From a virus: a stretch of DNA of 64,000 bases. The stretch is taken from IMG/VR virus record IMGVR_UViG_3300025789_000028, positions 1 to 64,000 of that record. One strand, 5' to 3'. This document shows, one piece after another, positions 17,693-27,632 of the stretch (position 1 is its first letter; each line of letters opens with the position of its first letter). The notes beneath the pieces were generated by a model, which did no database searches, was not told where the DNA came from, and saw only the letters and a list, made by a program, of their open reading frames with translations. The translations under genes and the position numbers were made by a program.

Positions 17693-18145
17693 ACAAACAC
17701 ACTAACCCTTCGCTCCCTTGACATTCCGTCAATTCACAAATTTGCAGTTGGTTTCGACAACATGTTTGACGAAATAATGCGAACATCTCAAGCTAACACA
17801 AATTATCCCCCATACAATATCGTTAAACACGATGAAGACAACTTCAGCATTGAACTTGCTGTGGCTGGCTTTGATGAGGGTGAAATTGACGTTCAATTGA
17901 ATAACAATCAATTGGTAATTAATGGTCAAAAGGCTGTGGAATTAACAGAAGACGGTGACGTTAAATCTGTTGAATATCTACACCGCGGGATTAGTTCACG
18001 TGATTTCTCTCGCACGTTCACACTTGCGGATCATGTAGAAGTAGTAACTGCAACGGTTGCTAATGGTATCTTACGTATTGACCTTGAACGCAAAATTCCT
18101 GAGGAAAAGAAACCCAAGAAGATTGCAATCAATTACAATAAATAA
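17690..18145 (+). CDS. small heat shock protein Hsp20/IbpA-like
   Basis: NYPPYNI, ELAVAGF, YLHRGIS.R.F.R.F.L, NGIL.I.L. Confidence 0.95.
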   Translation: MTNTLTLRSLDIPSIHKFAVGFDNMFDEIMRTSQANTNYPPYNIVKHDEDNFSIELAVAGFDEGEIDVQLNNNQLVINGQKAVELTEDGDVKSVEYLHRGISSRDFSRTFTLADHVEVVTATVANGILRIDLERKIPEEKKPKKIAINYNK

Positions 18146-18160
18146 TATAATGTAAGAACA

Positions 18161-18186
18161 GTTCGCGGTGTACTACCGCGAACTTA
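18161..18186 (+). terminator. hairpin/terminator
   Basis: GTTCGCGGT-GTACT-ACCGCGAAC. Confidence 0.6.
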
Positions 18187-18207
18187 TAACTCTAGGAAAT
18201 ATTTAAC

Positions 18208-18522
18208 ATGGCAAACGCAAGCCCAGAAGTTCGTAATCTTATTAAACCTAACTTGGCTCTAAAAGAACCTCCATTGTTTAGAATCATCTACCTTAATGAT
18301 GAACATACAAGCATGGAATTTGTAATTCATACACTAGTTGAATATTTTAATTACAATTCTGATACAGCAAGTCAAATTACTGTTGATATCCATGAAAAGG
18401 GTAGTGCTATTGTTGCTGTTTTGCCCTTTGAAATTGCAGAACAAAAAGGCATCGAAGTTACATTAGATGCTAGGGCACAAGGTTATCCACTACAAGTTAA
18501 AGTGGAAGCAGAATCAAACTGA
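18208..18522 (+). CDS. clpS: ClpS adaptor
   Basis: YLNDEHTSMEFV, IHEKGSAIV, EIAEQK, GYPL. Confidence 0.92.
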   Translation: MANASPEVRNLIKPNLALKEPPLFRIIYLNDEHTSMEFVIHTLVEYFNYNSDTASQITVDIHEKGSAIVAVLPFEIAEQKGIEVTLDARAQGYPLQVKVEAESN

Positions 18523-19209
18523 TATATTGATTCGTTTAGCCCAATAGGGGCTTTTATGTAGGTAGGGATTGTTTACATACCCTACATTATTTAAAGTAGT
18601 ATCAACTGATTTTTCATAACTACCAAATACCCAATACTTAATTTTCTTTTCAGTATCATGCTTTAAAGTTTTTTGTAAGGGTATTTGGTTTTTAGTTATT
18701 TCAGGCTTTTCCCCGAAGTATAATTTTTCATCAGGGACTGCGTTAGTGACAACTATAATTTGTTTTACATCTAAATGTCGTTGTAATTTTTCAACGGATT
18801 TATTTAGATAAGTCAAGTCATCAAATCGTGCCGCAGTATAAACCATATCTTGTAATGTATTGGTATCACTATTGTTCCAACCATTGGCTCCAACAATAGC
18901 AACACCATCTACGATTACCACACTATGATGCATCATGTGAACAGTAGGCAAGTGTTTGAGTAAACTCATCAAATGTTCTGTTCTTCCTGGTAAGTCAACT
19001 GTATTAGAATATTCAGATGTTCCTGGCACATAAAAAACACCTTGATAGAATCTACCAAGGTGTGCTAATGTTTGTACTGTAGTGCGAATATCGCTACTAA
19101 CGTTACCTGCTACCAAACAGTATAAACTTGTGCTTTTGCCTTCCCAGTTAAAATTATCCTCAGGGGATAGATTTAAATCGCTGATAACATCAAAGCCAAT
19201 GTCTTGCAT
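18514..19209 (-). CDS. degenerate calcineurin-like metallophosphoesterase
   Basis: ISDLN, AGNV, PGTSE, WVFG, NNP at positions of DxH, GD, GNHE, HGH, NP. Confidence 0.65.
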   Translation of the reverse strand: MQDIGFDVISDLNLSPEDNFNWEGKSTSLYCLVAGNVSSDIRTTVQTLAHLGRFYQGVFYVPGTSEYSNTVDLPGRTEHLMSLLKHLPTVHMMHHSVVIVDGVAIVGANGWNNSDTNTLQDMVYTAARFDDLTYLNKSVEKLQRHLDVKQIIVVTNAVPDEKLYFGEKPEITKNQIPLQKTLKHDTEKKIKYWVFGSYEKSVDTTLNNVGYVNNPYLHKSPYWAKRINISV

Positions 19210-19583
19210 TATTTTGCAATAGTCATCTTTGGCTTGCGTGGTGCACGTGGTTTCTTTTCAGCAGGAGTGATTGCTGGAGTAGCTGCCTTTTTTGCTCTAG
19301 GAGCACGTGGCTTTTTCTCTTCAACTACCTCTGCTTTTGGTTTTCTTGGGGTGCGAACAGCCTTAGGTTTAATTGCAGGTGCAACTTCTGGTTCAGGTTC
19401 TGCTTGTTCCAATTTAACTAAGGGCAACTCAACTTCACTAGCGATAGGTGTTTCAACCTTATAAGGTGCTTGTGCATCTGATTCTGTTTCTGCCTTAGCC
19501 TTTTTAGCTTTGCTATCATTGTAAAAATATACACCGGCTGCAATAATAACTACGGTTACGGCAATAATTGTAAAAAACTCCAT
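19209..19583 (-). CDS. membrane-anchored Lys/Ala/Pro-rich protein
   Basis: N-terminal TM; KKPRAPR repeats; AGGAG RBS; TATAAATA upstream. Confidence 0.8.
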   Translation of the reverse strand: MEFFTIIAVTVVIIAAGVYFYNDSKAKKAKAETESDAQAPYKVETPIASEVELPLVKLEQAEPEPEVAPAIKPKAVRTPRKPKAEVVEEKKPRAPRAKKAATPAITPAEKKPRAPRKPKMTIAK

Positions 19584-19675
19584 TTTTTATCTCCTAAAAA
19601 TATATTTATATCCAAAAGTAATTGACACAATAATTTAATAACCTATATACTAAATACACTAAGGAAGGGCTATTT

Positions 19676-20170
19676 ATGAGTTCCAAAAAGATCCTAGCAT
19701 ACATGAGCGAAGAATTACCCACAATTCCTGCTCAAAAACGTTTAGTATATAGAACAGACGAAAAAGAAATTCGAAAACTGTTTAAGGTATTAAATGCGAC
19801 TATATTCAATGGAGAACTTCCCACTCCTAGATTTAGGATCATTAAGCGAACAACTGATTACTGGGGTCAATGCGAAGCAGATGACTTTAATCCAAATCCC
19901 AACACTAAAAGATCAAACTGTATCATACATTTGTCAAACAAATGGTATTGCAAACAATGGTTGATTGACTCCTTAGCCCACGAGATGTGTCACCAATATC
20001 AATGGGATGTTCTTAGTAAAGAACGTGCTAAACAAGGGTTACCACCTATCATGAGTCATGGTCCTAGTTTTTATATATTCAGAGATAAATTAAGAGAGCA
20101 TGGAATCCCACTTAAAAGATATCATAGAATACACAAATGGTGGAAACATCAAAATCTCTTTAAGTGCTAA
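19676..20170 (+). CDS. SprT-like zinc metalloprotease
   Basis: LAHEMCH ... HGPSF. Confidence 0.85.
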   Translation: MSSKKILAYMSEELPTIPAQKRLVYRTDEKEIRKLFKVLNATIFNGELPTPRFRIIKRTTDYWGQCEADDFNPNPNTKRSNCIIHLSNKWYCKQWLIDSLAHEMCHQYQWDVLSKERAKQGLPPIMSHGPSFYIFRDKLREHGIPLKRYHRIHKWWKHQNLFKC

Positions 20171-20188
20171 AATGCATAAATACATACT

Positions 20189-21742
20189 ATGCGAGACCTC
20201 ATTAACCAAATCAACTTCTTATTAGAAGACCGTACACTTAGCGCCGGTGTAATTAAAAAATATCCTGAACGTTTTGATAAATTTATCCAAATGATTCGTG
20301 ACGGTGTTCCTTTCTATAATACAGATCAAGAACAAGTCATTGCGGATCCAAGCGAAGCAGACAGATTCCAAGACATGTTTGACAACGATATGTTTAAAGG
20401 TTCATTGTCAATGAAATTAGATGACGGAAGCCTGATTCCATTAAGCAAGTTATTAAAGACTAGCGATTTGGGTGGCCAAGCAAGTACAGGCGAAGAAGGT
20501 GAAGAGACAGGTAAGGAAGCAGCATTATTGAAACCAAGTCAAATTGGCATCTGTGACCGTGACATTCCTGCTAGTGAATTAGGTGATGAAATTATTAACA
20601 ATCAAGTATTGCAATCAACTGATTATGGTCGTGTTGTAATCGCTATGGCTGAAGAAATTGTTGGTGGGGCAAATCCAGTTATCCCCAAAGAAGTTCCTAC
20701 AAAGATTAAAGACAGTATCATTGACTATGCCGGTGAATATTTAGGTGTATTAGCATTGGTATCAGGTACATCACGTTTCCCTAGACAGAAGGGCTTTACT
20801 GAATGGCTTGGTGCTGATGTTAGTGACTTAACATTAAACTTCCCACTAAAAGCAAATACTCCACTTGCTGATAGTTTTGCGACAATCGGTAATCAAAAAA
20901 CTCAACACAAAGTACATATCTCAAGTAAAGGTAAAGGGGGTGGTGCTCCACCTAGTATAAGTAGTTTGGTTGTTCCGCAAGAAATTCGTGACAACCCTGC
21001 ATATGAAGCTGTTGTTGCTTTTATTGATTTGTGCAATGCAGAAGGTGGGGGAAGATACAATTTACCTTCTCCCAAAACAGTATCACAGGTATTTCAAGCA
21101 ATGAACTTATTATATCAATATGCACCAGAGTCAATACCAGAAAAGTTCAATGAATTTTTACCATGGCCAAGTGATGTTGTTAACCAAGTAACAACTAGCA
21201 TGGATGCATTTAAAAAGAAAAAGAATGTTCCACTTCCAGAATATCAATCATTGTGGAGTGATATTAACTTTAAGAAACCAAGTAGCGACGGTGGCAAATT
21301 AACACATGCTGTTAAGTTAGCAGTTATGCAAGCAGTTAACGAAGGTAGTGCATTGCCTGAATTCCAAAACGTTGTTTTAGCTGTATTGGATATGAACTTT
21401 GTTCAACAATATGCTGACTTTGACCCTAAGAGTAGAGTTATGAGTTTTGCTACACAATGGCCTGCTAAACTAGACGGTAACATCACACTTGAAAGTAAGA
21501 GTGGTGCAACTGATCCTACTAAAGGTGGATTTAGTTTCAAACTAAGTCCTGTTGCACCTAAAACTGTTTTGGCTGAACCAAATGAGTTGGGTGTTCAAGA
21601 ACCAGATTCAATTAGTGTTGGCAAAAAAGACTTTGCTAAAAACGCACAAAAGATTGCAACTGGACATCGTGACACTCCAAAACACGGTCTAGGTGCTGGT
21701 TCTAAAATGGGTGATGTAGGAAGAAAATTGCGCAAAGTTTAA
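20189..21742 (+). CDS. late protein, possible PD-(D/E)xK-like domain
   Basis: CATAAATA 6 nt upstream; GEYLG..PLADSF..ISSKG; N-terminal FLLE. Confidence 0.55.
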   Translation: MRDLINQINFLLEDRTLSAGVIKKYPERFDKFIQMIRDGVPFYNTDQEQVIADPSEADRFQDMFDNDMFKGSLSMKLDDGSLIPLSKLLKTSDLGGQASTGEEGEETGKEAALLKPSQIGICDRDIPASELGDEIINNQVLQSTDYGRVVIAMAEEIVGGANPVIPKEVPTKIKDSIIDYAGEYLGVLALVSGTSRFPRQKGFTEWLGADVSDLTLNFPLKANTPLADSFATIGNQKTQHKVHISSKGKGGGAPPSISSLVVPQEIRDNPAYEAVVAFIDLCNAEGGGRYNLPSPKTVSQVFQAMNLLYQYAPESIPEKFNEFLPWPSDVVNQVTTSMDAFKKKKNVPLPEYQSLWSDINFKKPSSDGGKLTHAVKLAVMQAVNEGSALPEFQNVVLAVLDMNFVQQYADFDPKSRVMSFATQWPAKLDGNITLESKSGATDPTKGGFSFKLSPVAPKTVLAEPNELGVQEPDSISVGKKDFAKNAQKIATGHRDTPKHGLGAGSKMGDVGRKLRKV

Positions 21743-21760
21743 GCATAGATATATATTTCT

Positions 21761-22669
21761 ATGTATAGTGAACTGCACATTGAATACTCTGATCCCACAT
21801 CCCTTTTAGATCCCCTAACCGTTCGTTACAAACTATACGATTATCCCATTGTGCAGAAATGGGCCTCACGATTAGCTGAGGCATTAGCCAAACAATACAA
21901 CATTGACGACCCAAAAAGATTCGTGGGGTTTAGTGATTACACCACAGATAAAACTAATGCCGTAAATGCTATTAACAAGTGCTGTGAAATCATAGATAAG
22001 TATAGCCCTGGATTTGTTAATAGAAGAATAGATGCAAATAATATCGATCAAGATACATTAAACTATCTACACAACATCTTTGAAACATATCACGGTACAT
22101 TAAACACACCTCATCAATTTTTTACTGATGCGCCTGATGAAGTCAAATATGCATTGGCTCAACTTAACATAGAAGTACACCGTTGTGAATCATTTGTTGA
22201 AGGTAATAGAAAACCATTGCCCAGACATACTGTAACTTATTTTGCAATGGAAAAATCTCAAGAATACACTTACGCCATAGAAGACTACCAATACTTTAAT
22301 GACATGATTGAGTTTGGAACTGTGTATTTGTTGTATACTGAGATTGGGAAAACATTGCAGGATATGGCAATAGACAATGACCAACACATGCAACCAACAG
22401 CATACAAACCTTATAGACATTACAGTGCCGATTTTGTAGTTAGATTTTATAATACATCACATGAAACTTGGATTAATAATCGTAAAAAATATAAAAAGTA
22501 TTATGATACTAACTCTATTTACTTTTTGAATCACGGGTATGATTACAGTCATCCATACAATCGTCCCGGTGATATCCCATTAGCAAAAATTATTCCAAAC
22601 CCACAAATACCAAACATAGTTGATATGATTGCCAAACGACAACATGTAAGTTCGGTGAAATTAGTTTAA
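21761..22669 (+). CDS. hypothetical protein
   Basis: Long ORF; LNYLH..FE, LN..VH.CE. Confidence 0.8.
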   Translation: MYSELHIEYSDPTSLLDPLTVRYKLYDYPIVQKWASRLAEALAKQYNIDDPKRFVGFSDYTTDKTNAVNAINKCCEIIDKYSPGFVNRRIDANNIDQDTLNYLHNIFETYHGTLNTPHQFFTDAPDEVKYALAQLNIEVHRCESFVEGNRKPLPRHTVTYFAMEKSQEYTYAIEDYQYFNDMIEFGTVYLLYTEIGKTLQDMAIDNDQHMQPTAYKPYRHYSADFVVRFYNTSHETWINNRKKYKKYYDTNSIYFLNHGYDYSHPYNRPGDIPLAKIIPNPQIPNIVDMIAKRQHVSSVKLV

Positions 22670-22732
22670 CCATATCTGTTGTATTTTTTATACATTTAGT
22701 GTATCATTAGTTTTTACATAAAAGGATTTTAT

Positions 22733-23329
22733 ATGAGCCTAGTTCCAATGGTACTTGAACAAACTTCCCGCGGTGAGCGTAGTTATGATATCTATAGCCG
22801 ATTATTGCGTGACCGTGTTATTTTGCTTGAAGGTGAAGTACATGACCAAATGGCAAACTTGATTGCCGCACAATTATTGTATCTTGAATCAGAAGATCCA
22901 GAAAAGGACATCAGTCTTTACATTAACAGTCCCGGCGGTAGTGTAACTGCTGGTATGGCTATCTATGATACCATGCAATTTATTCGCCCCGATGTTCAAA
23001 CAATCGTTATGGGTCAAGCATGTAGTATGGGTAGTTTACTTGCTCAAGCAGGTGCAAAGGGTAAGCGTATGATTCTTCCCAATGCACGACACATGATTCA
23101 TCAACCTTCAGGTGGTGCACGTGGTCAGGCAACTGATATGTTGATTCAAGTCAACGAAATCATTGAAATGAAAAAAAACCTCACACAAATTTATGTTAAA
23201 CATAATAGTGCAGGCAAGACTTTTGAACAGTTGGCCGCAGATATGGAACGTGACTTTTTCATGAGTGCAGAGGATGCAGTAATGTATGGGTTGGCAGACA
23301 AAGTGTTAGACAAGCGTCCTACTACTTGA
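22733..23329 (+). CDS. clpP: ClpP protease
   Basis: [19 protein letters not shown] (Ser), MIHQP (His), ERD. Confidence 0.97.
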   Translation: MSLVPMVLEQTSRGERSYDIYSRLLRDRVILLEGEVHDQMANLIAAQLLYLESEDPEKDISLYINSPGGSVTAGMAIYDTMQFIRPDVQTIVMGQACSMGSLLAQAGAKGKRMILPNARHMIHQPSGGARGQATDMLIQVNEIIEMKKNLTQIYVKHNSAGKTFEQLAADMERDFFMSAEDAVMYGLADKVLDKRPTT

Positions 23330-23377
23330 CATTTAATCCAATACTTGATATAATACAAGTTCTTAAACAGTAAAGGA
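23326..23377 (+). promoter_or_regulatory. early promoter+RBS
   Basis: TTGACA-17-TATAAT; clpP stop inside -35. Confidence 0.75.
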
Positions 23378-23383
23378 ATCATT

Positions 23384-23482
23384 ATGGAATGTACTCATTG
23401 CCGCAAGTGGCACTTTCAAGGTATTTTGAATTGCCCAACTGCACCCAAAACTCTTGCCCCATTGCCCCTTAAGCAATCTTGA
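23384..23482 (+). CDS. 32-aa Cys/His microprotein
   Basis: MECTHCRKWHFQGILNCP; own promoter and AAAGGA RBS. Confidence 0.6.
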   Translation: MECTHCRKWHFQGILNCPTAPKTLAPLPLKQS

Positions 23483-23495
23483 TTAGGAAATAATA

Positions 23496-23714
23496 ATGGA
23501 AAAAATTCTTGTAATCGTTGGTGCAATTGTATTGGGTCTTGCAGGACTTGTACTACTTAGTTTTTTACTGAGTTGGCCAGTCTATATGCTATGGAACGGT
23601 TGTTTGGTTGGTGCTGTTGATGGTGTACATCAAATTGACTGGATGACTGCTTGGGGTATCAATATTTTGTTTGGCATTTTGTTTAAAACTACAGTATCAA
23701 AAGAATCAAAGTAA
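23496..23714 (+). CDS. membrane protein
   Basis: Two hydrophobic segments. Confidence 0.8.
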   Translation: MEKILVIVGAIVLGLAGLVLLSFLLSWPVYMLWNGCLVGAVDGVHQIDWMTAWGINILFGILFKTTVSKESK

Positions 23715-24023
23715 ATGGATCGAGTTGTTCGAGGTAAAAATGTTGCAGTAGTTATTAGTCCAGAGTACGGTGCAGGCTGGTACTCTTGGAGTAATGATAT
23801 TACTATGCTATTTGATCCGGGCCTAGTTGGATTGGTTGAAGAGGGTGATGAAGGAAAAATTCATACCTATGTCAGTCTTAAATGGGCCGGAGAATACCTC
23901 GAAGGTTCCGAACGAGGACTAGAAGTATGGTGGGTTCCCCTAGGCAAAAAGTTTCGTATACATGATTACGATGGTGCCGAAACTATAGAAATGATGGATC
24001 AAATCGATTGGATAACTGCTTGA
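23715..24023 (+). CDS. conserved phage hypothetical protein
   Basis: VAV.ISP.YGAGW.SW; F.I..YDG.E. Confidence 0.8.
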   Translation: MDRVVRGKNVAVVISPEYGAGWYSWSNDITMLFDPGLVGLVEEGDEGKIHTYVSLKWAGEYLEGSERGLEVWWVPLGKKFRIHDYDGAETIEMMDQIDWITA

Positions 24024-24029
24024 AGTTTT

Positions 24030-24060
24030 AAAGTGTTGTATTTTTACAACACTTTTTTTT
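24030..24060 (+). terminator. hairpin terminator / palindrome
   Basis: AAAGTGTTGTA-TTTT-TACAACACTTT + T run. Confidence 0.7.
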
Positions 24061-24071
24061 GGATAAAAAAT

Positions 24072-24123
24072 TTGACAATAAATGGGCGATCTGATATACT
24101 ATGGGTAAGTTAAAGAAAAGGAG
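24072..24123 (+). promoter_or_regulatory. early promoter+RBS cassette
   Basis: TTGACAATAAATGG..TATACT..AAGGAG. Confidence 0.8.
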
Positions 24124-24129
24124 TCCAAA

Positions 24130-24276
24130 ATGAAAGTAAAAGAATTGATAGAGTTGTTGTCCAAGTATGATGGAAACTTGGAATTGATGATGGAACAAAA
24201 CGGTGGAGAATACGAATCCGATTTAGAATTCATGGTGGTCGACCAAATAGACGGAAAAGTTTGGTTGTTAGACTAA
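24130..24276 (+). CDS. 48-aa microprotein
   Basis: MKVKELIELLSKYD; behind cassette. Confidence 0.7.
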   Translation: MKVKELIELLSKYDGNLELMMEQNGGEYESDLEFMVVDQIDGKVWLLD

Positions 24277-24280
24277 AAGG

Positions 24281-24337
24281 TTGACAATAAATCGTTTTGG
24301 GTGTACAATACTTGTATTGAATGATTAATTAAAGGAG
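24281..24337 (+). promoter_or_regulatory. early promoter+RBS cassette
   Basis: TTGACAATAAATCGTTTTGGGTGTACAATACTTGTATTGA..AAAGGAG. Confidence 0.85.
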
Positions 24338-24342
24338 TCGAT

Positions 24343-24585
24343 ATGGTTATCAAGCGTTTCAAACAGAACCAAAAGTTTCGTATTTGCATTGGTTCTACTG
24401 TTTCATTCTATGCTACTGCCAAGCAAATCCGTGCAGGGGTAGGTGACTTTTCTACTTGTAATGCGGCTACGCAAAAAGCCCTTGAGGTATTGGAAGTATA
24501 TCGTTCCGGTGACGGTGTTGAAATGTGTTCAACTGGTCTCGGTGGTACTTGGGAAGGCCTGCAAGTTCAACTCAACATGGCATAA
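24343..24585 (+). CDS. early hypothetical protein
   Basis: Behind cassette. Confidence 0.8.
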   Translation: MVIKRFKQNQKFRICIGSTVSFYATAKQIRAGVGDFSTCNAATQKALEVLEVYRSGDGVEMCSTGLGGTWEGLQVQLNMA

Positions 24586-24590
24586 AAAGG

Positions 24591-24646
24591 TTGACAATAA
24601 ATCGGTTTGGGTATATAATATATCTTATCAACAGTTAATTAAAGGA
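24591..24646 (+). promoter_or_regulatory. early promoter+RBS cassette
   Basis: TTGACAATAAATCGGTTTGGGTATATAAT. Confidence 0.85.
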
Positions 24647-24653
24647 CTAAAAA

Positions 24654-25121
24654 ATGGCAACACGTTCTACAATCGCAATCGAATTCGCTGACGGTACTGT
24701 TCAACAAGTTTACTGTCACTGGGATGGTTACTTGGAAAACAACGGTCGTATCCTGCAAGAATCTTACATGGATCCTTTCAAGGTTCGTGAGTTGATCGAT
24801 TTGGGCGATATTTCAGGTTTGCGTGAAGAAATCGGTGTCAAACATCCCTTTAGTTCTTATGAGATTGAAGGTCTGTCTTATGATGAATATAAGGCTAATT
24901 ACGGTAACATGACTACATTCTACGGTCGTGATCGTGGTGAAGATGGTGTAAGTGCCCGTAAGTTTGCTGATTTTGCAGACTACAAAGACAATCACAGTTA
25001 TGAAGAATTTGAATACATTCTCCGTCAAGTTGATGGTAAGGCAGTTTGGTTTGTCAATGATCACGGTGATGGTTATGTTGAATTGACAAAGGCATTGGAA
25101 CAGGTAAAGGAAGCTGCCTAA
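24654..25121 (+). CDS. conserved phage hypothetical protein (YCHWDGY)
   Basis: MATRS.I..YCHWDGY motif. Confidence 0.85.
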   Translation: MATRSTIAIEFADGTVQQVYCHWDGYLENNGRILQESYMDPFKVRELIDLGDISGLREEIGVKHPFSSYEIEGLSYDEYKANYGNMTTFYGRDRGEDGVSARKFADFADYKDNHSYEEFEYILRQVDGKAVWFVNDHGDGYVELTKALEQVKEAA

Positions 25122-25122
25122 T

Positions 25123-25449
25123 ATGATCGCCTTGCAAGAAGTTACAGTTTGGGAAGATAGTATTTCCTGCAATCACACATACCTTATGGATGGTGAAAGT
25201 GCTGTTGCATATATCAAGCAGGGCGATACTGAGCCTTTTTACTTTAAACGTCCCTTGCGTATTGACAAACGTGGTCGCAAGTTTGTGACACTTAAAGTAA
25301 ACCCATTCAAAATAAAAATTGTAAGTAGTTTGATTGAAGTTATTGGTAGCAAGGGTGACAAATACTATGTTGACCCTGATGCTAAAACTTGCACATGTTC
25401 AGGATTCACATACCGCGGTACTTGCAAACATTTAACAAAGGTGTTATAA
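25123..25449 (+). CDS. SWIM zinc-finger protein
   Basis: CTCSGF.YRG.CKH. Confidence 0.85.
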   Translation: MIALQEVTVWEDSISCNHTYLMDGESAVAYIKQGDTEPFYFKRPLRIDKRGRKFVTLKVNPFKIKIVSSLIEVIGSKGDKYYVDPDAKTCTCSGFTYRGTCKHLTKVL

Positions 25450-25456
25450 TACTACT

Positions 25457-25852
25457 ATGACAATGCATTTACATCATCCTGCTCTTAGTCTTTCTGGCAA
25501 AAAGAAAGGCAAAGTTAAATTCCGTAATGCTGATGAGGCACGTAAGGCACGTGAACTTGATGCCAGTTGGAAAGAATTGCAAAAGCGTTGGGATGTAGAG
25601 GCAGAAGATAAAAAGCGTAAACGTGCATTAAGTGCAGAGCCATTAAAGTATTCATTGGCAACCCCTGTTGGTCGTACTAACACACATCATATTCCCAGTC
25701 GAGGCGACACTGGTGGTATTGCTAGTCTTGCTCCAGCTAAGGTGTACACAGGTACTAAGGTCAAGGGTATTGGTACTATGCACAAAAGTAATGCTGTGCC
25801 TATCTTTAGTGATGAAGAGGCACATGATATCGCAACCATGCGTAGAGGATAA
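25457..25852 (+). CDS. conserved T4-like hypothetical protein
   Basis: YTG..VKGIGTMHKSNAVP. Confidence 0.8.
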   Translation: MTMHLHHPALSLSGKKKGKVKFRNADEARKARELDASWKELQKRWDVEAEDKKRKRALSAEPLKYSLATPVGRTNTHHIPSRGDTGGIASLAPAKVYTGTKVKGIGTMHKSNAVPIFSDEEAHDIATMRRG

Positions 25853-25854
25853 TA

Positions 25855-26697
25855 ATGAAGGTAGCATTAGCAAGTGACTTACACTTAGAGTTTGAGGATA
25901 TTAATTTAAAGAACACAGAAAATGCTGAGGTTCTATTGTTGTCCGGCGACATTTTAGTTGCTCAGGATCTACATGATCATCCTGAACTGAATCCTATGGA
26001 TCCAGTTAATATTATTAACTTGGGTCGTAGGCAGGCTACTGCCCTTCGTTTCCGTGACTTTCTCAAGCGTTGCAGTTTTCAATTTCCTCATGTTATCTAC
26101 ATTGCAGGCAATCATGAGTTTTATCATGGCAAGTGGAAAGCATCATTGCAATACTTACGTGACGAATGTGCTAAATTCAATAATGTTTACTTCCTTGAAA
26201 AAGATGTAAAAGTAATTGATGATGTTACCTTTATCGGTGCAACATTGTGGACTGATTGCAACAAAGGTGATCCATTGACACTTCATGCACTAGCCGATAT
26301 GATGAATGATTACAAAATCATTCGTAATGACGAGCATGGATATACTAAGTTGCGTCCTGCGCACACAATGTATCGTCATCAACAAACACTTAGTTATCTT
26401 AAAGCGTTAATGCCTGATATGAAGGATAAAAAGGTTGTGTTTGTAGGGCACCATGCACCAACAAAACAAAGCACACATCCTAAATACGTAAATGATTATT
26501 TGATGAACGGTGGTTATAGTAGTGATTTAAGTGAATTCATACTAGATAATCCACAAATCAGATTATGGACTCATGGTCATACCCATGATCCTTTTGATTA
26601 CATGGTTGGTGAAACCCGTGTGGTATGTAATCCTCGTGGTTATGCTGGTTGGGATGAACACGCTGATGTGTTTGAATTAAAGTTTTTGGACATCTAA
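25855..26697 (+). CDS. calcineurin-like metallophosphoesterase
   Basis: SDLH, SGDI, GNHE, HHAP, HGHTH, NPRGY all intact. Confidence 0.92.
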   Translation: MKVALASDLHLEFEDINLKNTENAEVLLLSGDILVAQDLHDHPELNPMDPVNIINLGRRQATALRFRDFLKRCSFQFPHVIYIAGNHEFYHGKWKASLQYLRDECAKFNNVYFLEKDVKVIDDVTFIGATLWTDCNKGDPLTLHALADMMNDYKIIRNDEHGYTKLRPAHTMYRHQQTLSYLKALMPDMKDKKVVFVGHHAPTKQSTHPKYVNDYLMNGGYSSDLSEFILDNPQIRLWTHGHTHDPFDYMVGETRVVCNPRGYAGWDEHADVFELKFLDI

Positions 26698-26795
26698 GTT
26701 AATCTAGGTAGCCAATATATTTGTATTCAAACTCAACTTGTAATATAATGTTTATACGTTGTGAGAGATACTCAACGAACATTAAAGGAAATTTT

Positions 26796-27053
26796 ATGAT
26801 GACAACTAAAACTGATCGCCTCTTAGAGGCACTACAACAAGGTGAGCAACTCACCGCAAAGCAAATTGCCGCACGTTTCGGCATTGCTAATCCAACTGCA
26901 ACTATTAGCAACATTCGTTTTGCTGGCTACGCAGTTTATGCTAACGAGCATACTGATACTAAGGGTCGTGTTACCACTAAGTATCGTTTGGGCAAGCCTA
27001 GCCGCGCAATCGTTGCCGCAGGCTATCGTGCAATGTCAATTGGTCTAGTTTAA
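26796..27053 (+). CDS. winged HTH DNA-binding protein
   Basis: LTAKQIAARFGIANP.ATIS.IR; AAAGGA RBS. Confidence 0.8.
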   Translation: MMTTKTDRLLEALQQGEQLTAKQIAARFGIANPTATISNIRFAGYAVYANEHTDTKGRVTTKYRLGKPSRAIVAAGYRAMSIGLV

Positions 27054-27062
27054 GACTATAGG

Positions 27063-27090
27063 TTTGCGGATCCTTAAAATCCGCAATTTT
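27063..27090 (+). terminator. intrinsic terminator
   Basis: TTGCGGAT..ATCCGCAA + TTTT. Confidence 0.65.
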
Positions 27091-27113
27091 GAATTTTCTA
27101 CGAAAGGTACAGT

Positions 27114-27632
27114 ATGGGTTTGTTACACAATTTAATGAATAAATTAGGTAGATACCGACTGATTCCTGATCGTAGAACCGGTGCTGACTACATGCATCGG
27201 TATTACCTTTTCTTAAAGGATCGTAAATGGTTCCCATTTAATGTCACTCTACATAAGATTGTACGTAGTGATGATCCTATCTTTCACGACCACCCGTGGC
27301 CTTATATGACGGTTATTTTAAAGGGCGGTTACTATGAGCATACATTAGTATGCAATAGCAAAGGAGAAAAGATTGGAGAATTCAAAGAGTGGAAGGGTCC
27401 CGGAAGTATTATCATGCGTGGTGCGGGTGAGTTTCATTGGCTAGAATTAGATGATGAACAACCTGTCACTACACTATTTTTTATGGGTCCACAACAACGT
27501 GAGTGGGGTTTCTTAACTGAAACTAAAACTGGTAAAAGTCGTTGGGTCAAGCATAATCATTATCTTGAACACTGGAAACCATATCACGAAAAGAATGTAG
27601 CTCCTAAGATGGCAAATAGGAAAGTAAAATGA
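27114..27632 (+). CDS. cupin-like protein
   Basis: LHK..RSD...HDHPW..L.GGY.E..H..EWGF. Confidence 0.75.
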   Translation: MGLLHNLMNKLGRYRLIPDRRTGADYMHRYYLFLKDRKWFPFNVTLHKIVRSDDPIFHDHPWPYMTVILKGGYYEHTLVCNSKGEKIGEFKEWKGPGSIIMRGAGEFHWLELDDEQPVTTLFFMGPQQREWGFLTETKTGKSRWVKHNHYLEHWKPYHEKNVAPKMANRKVK

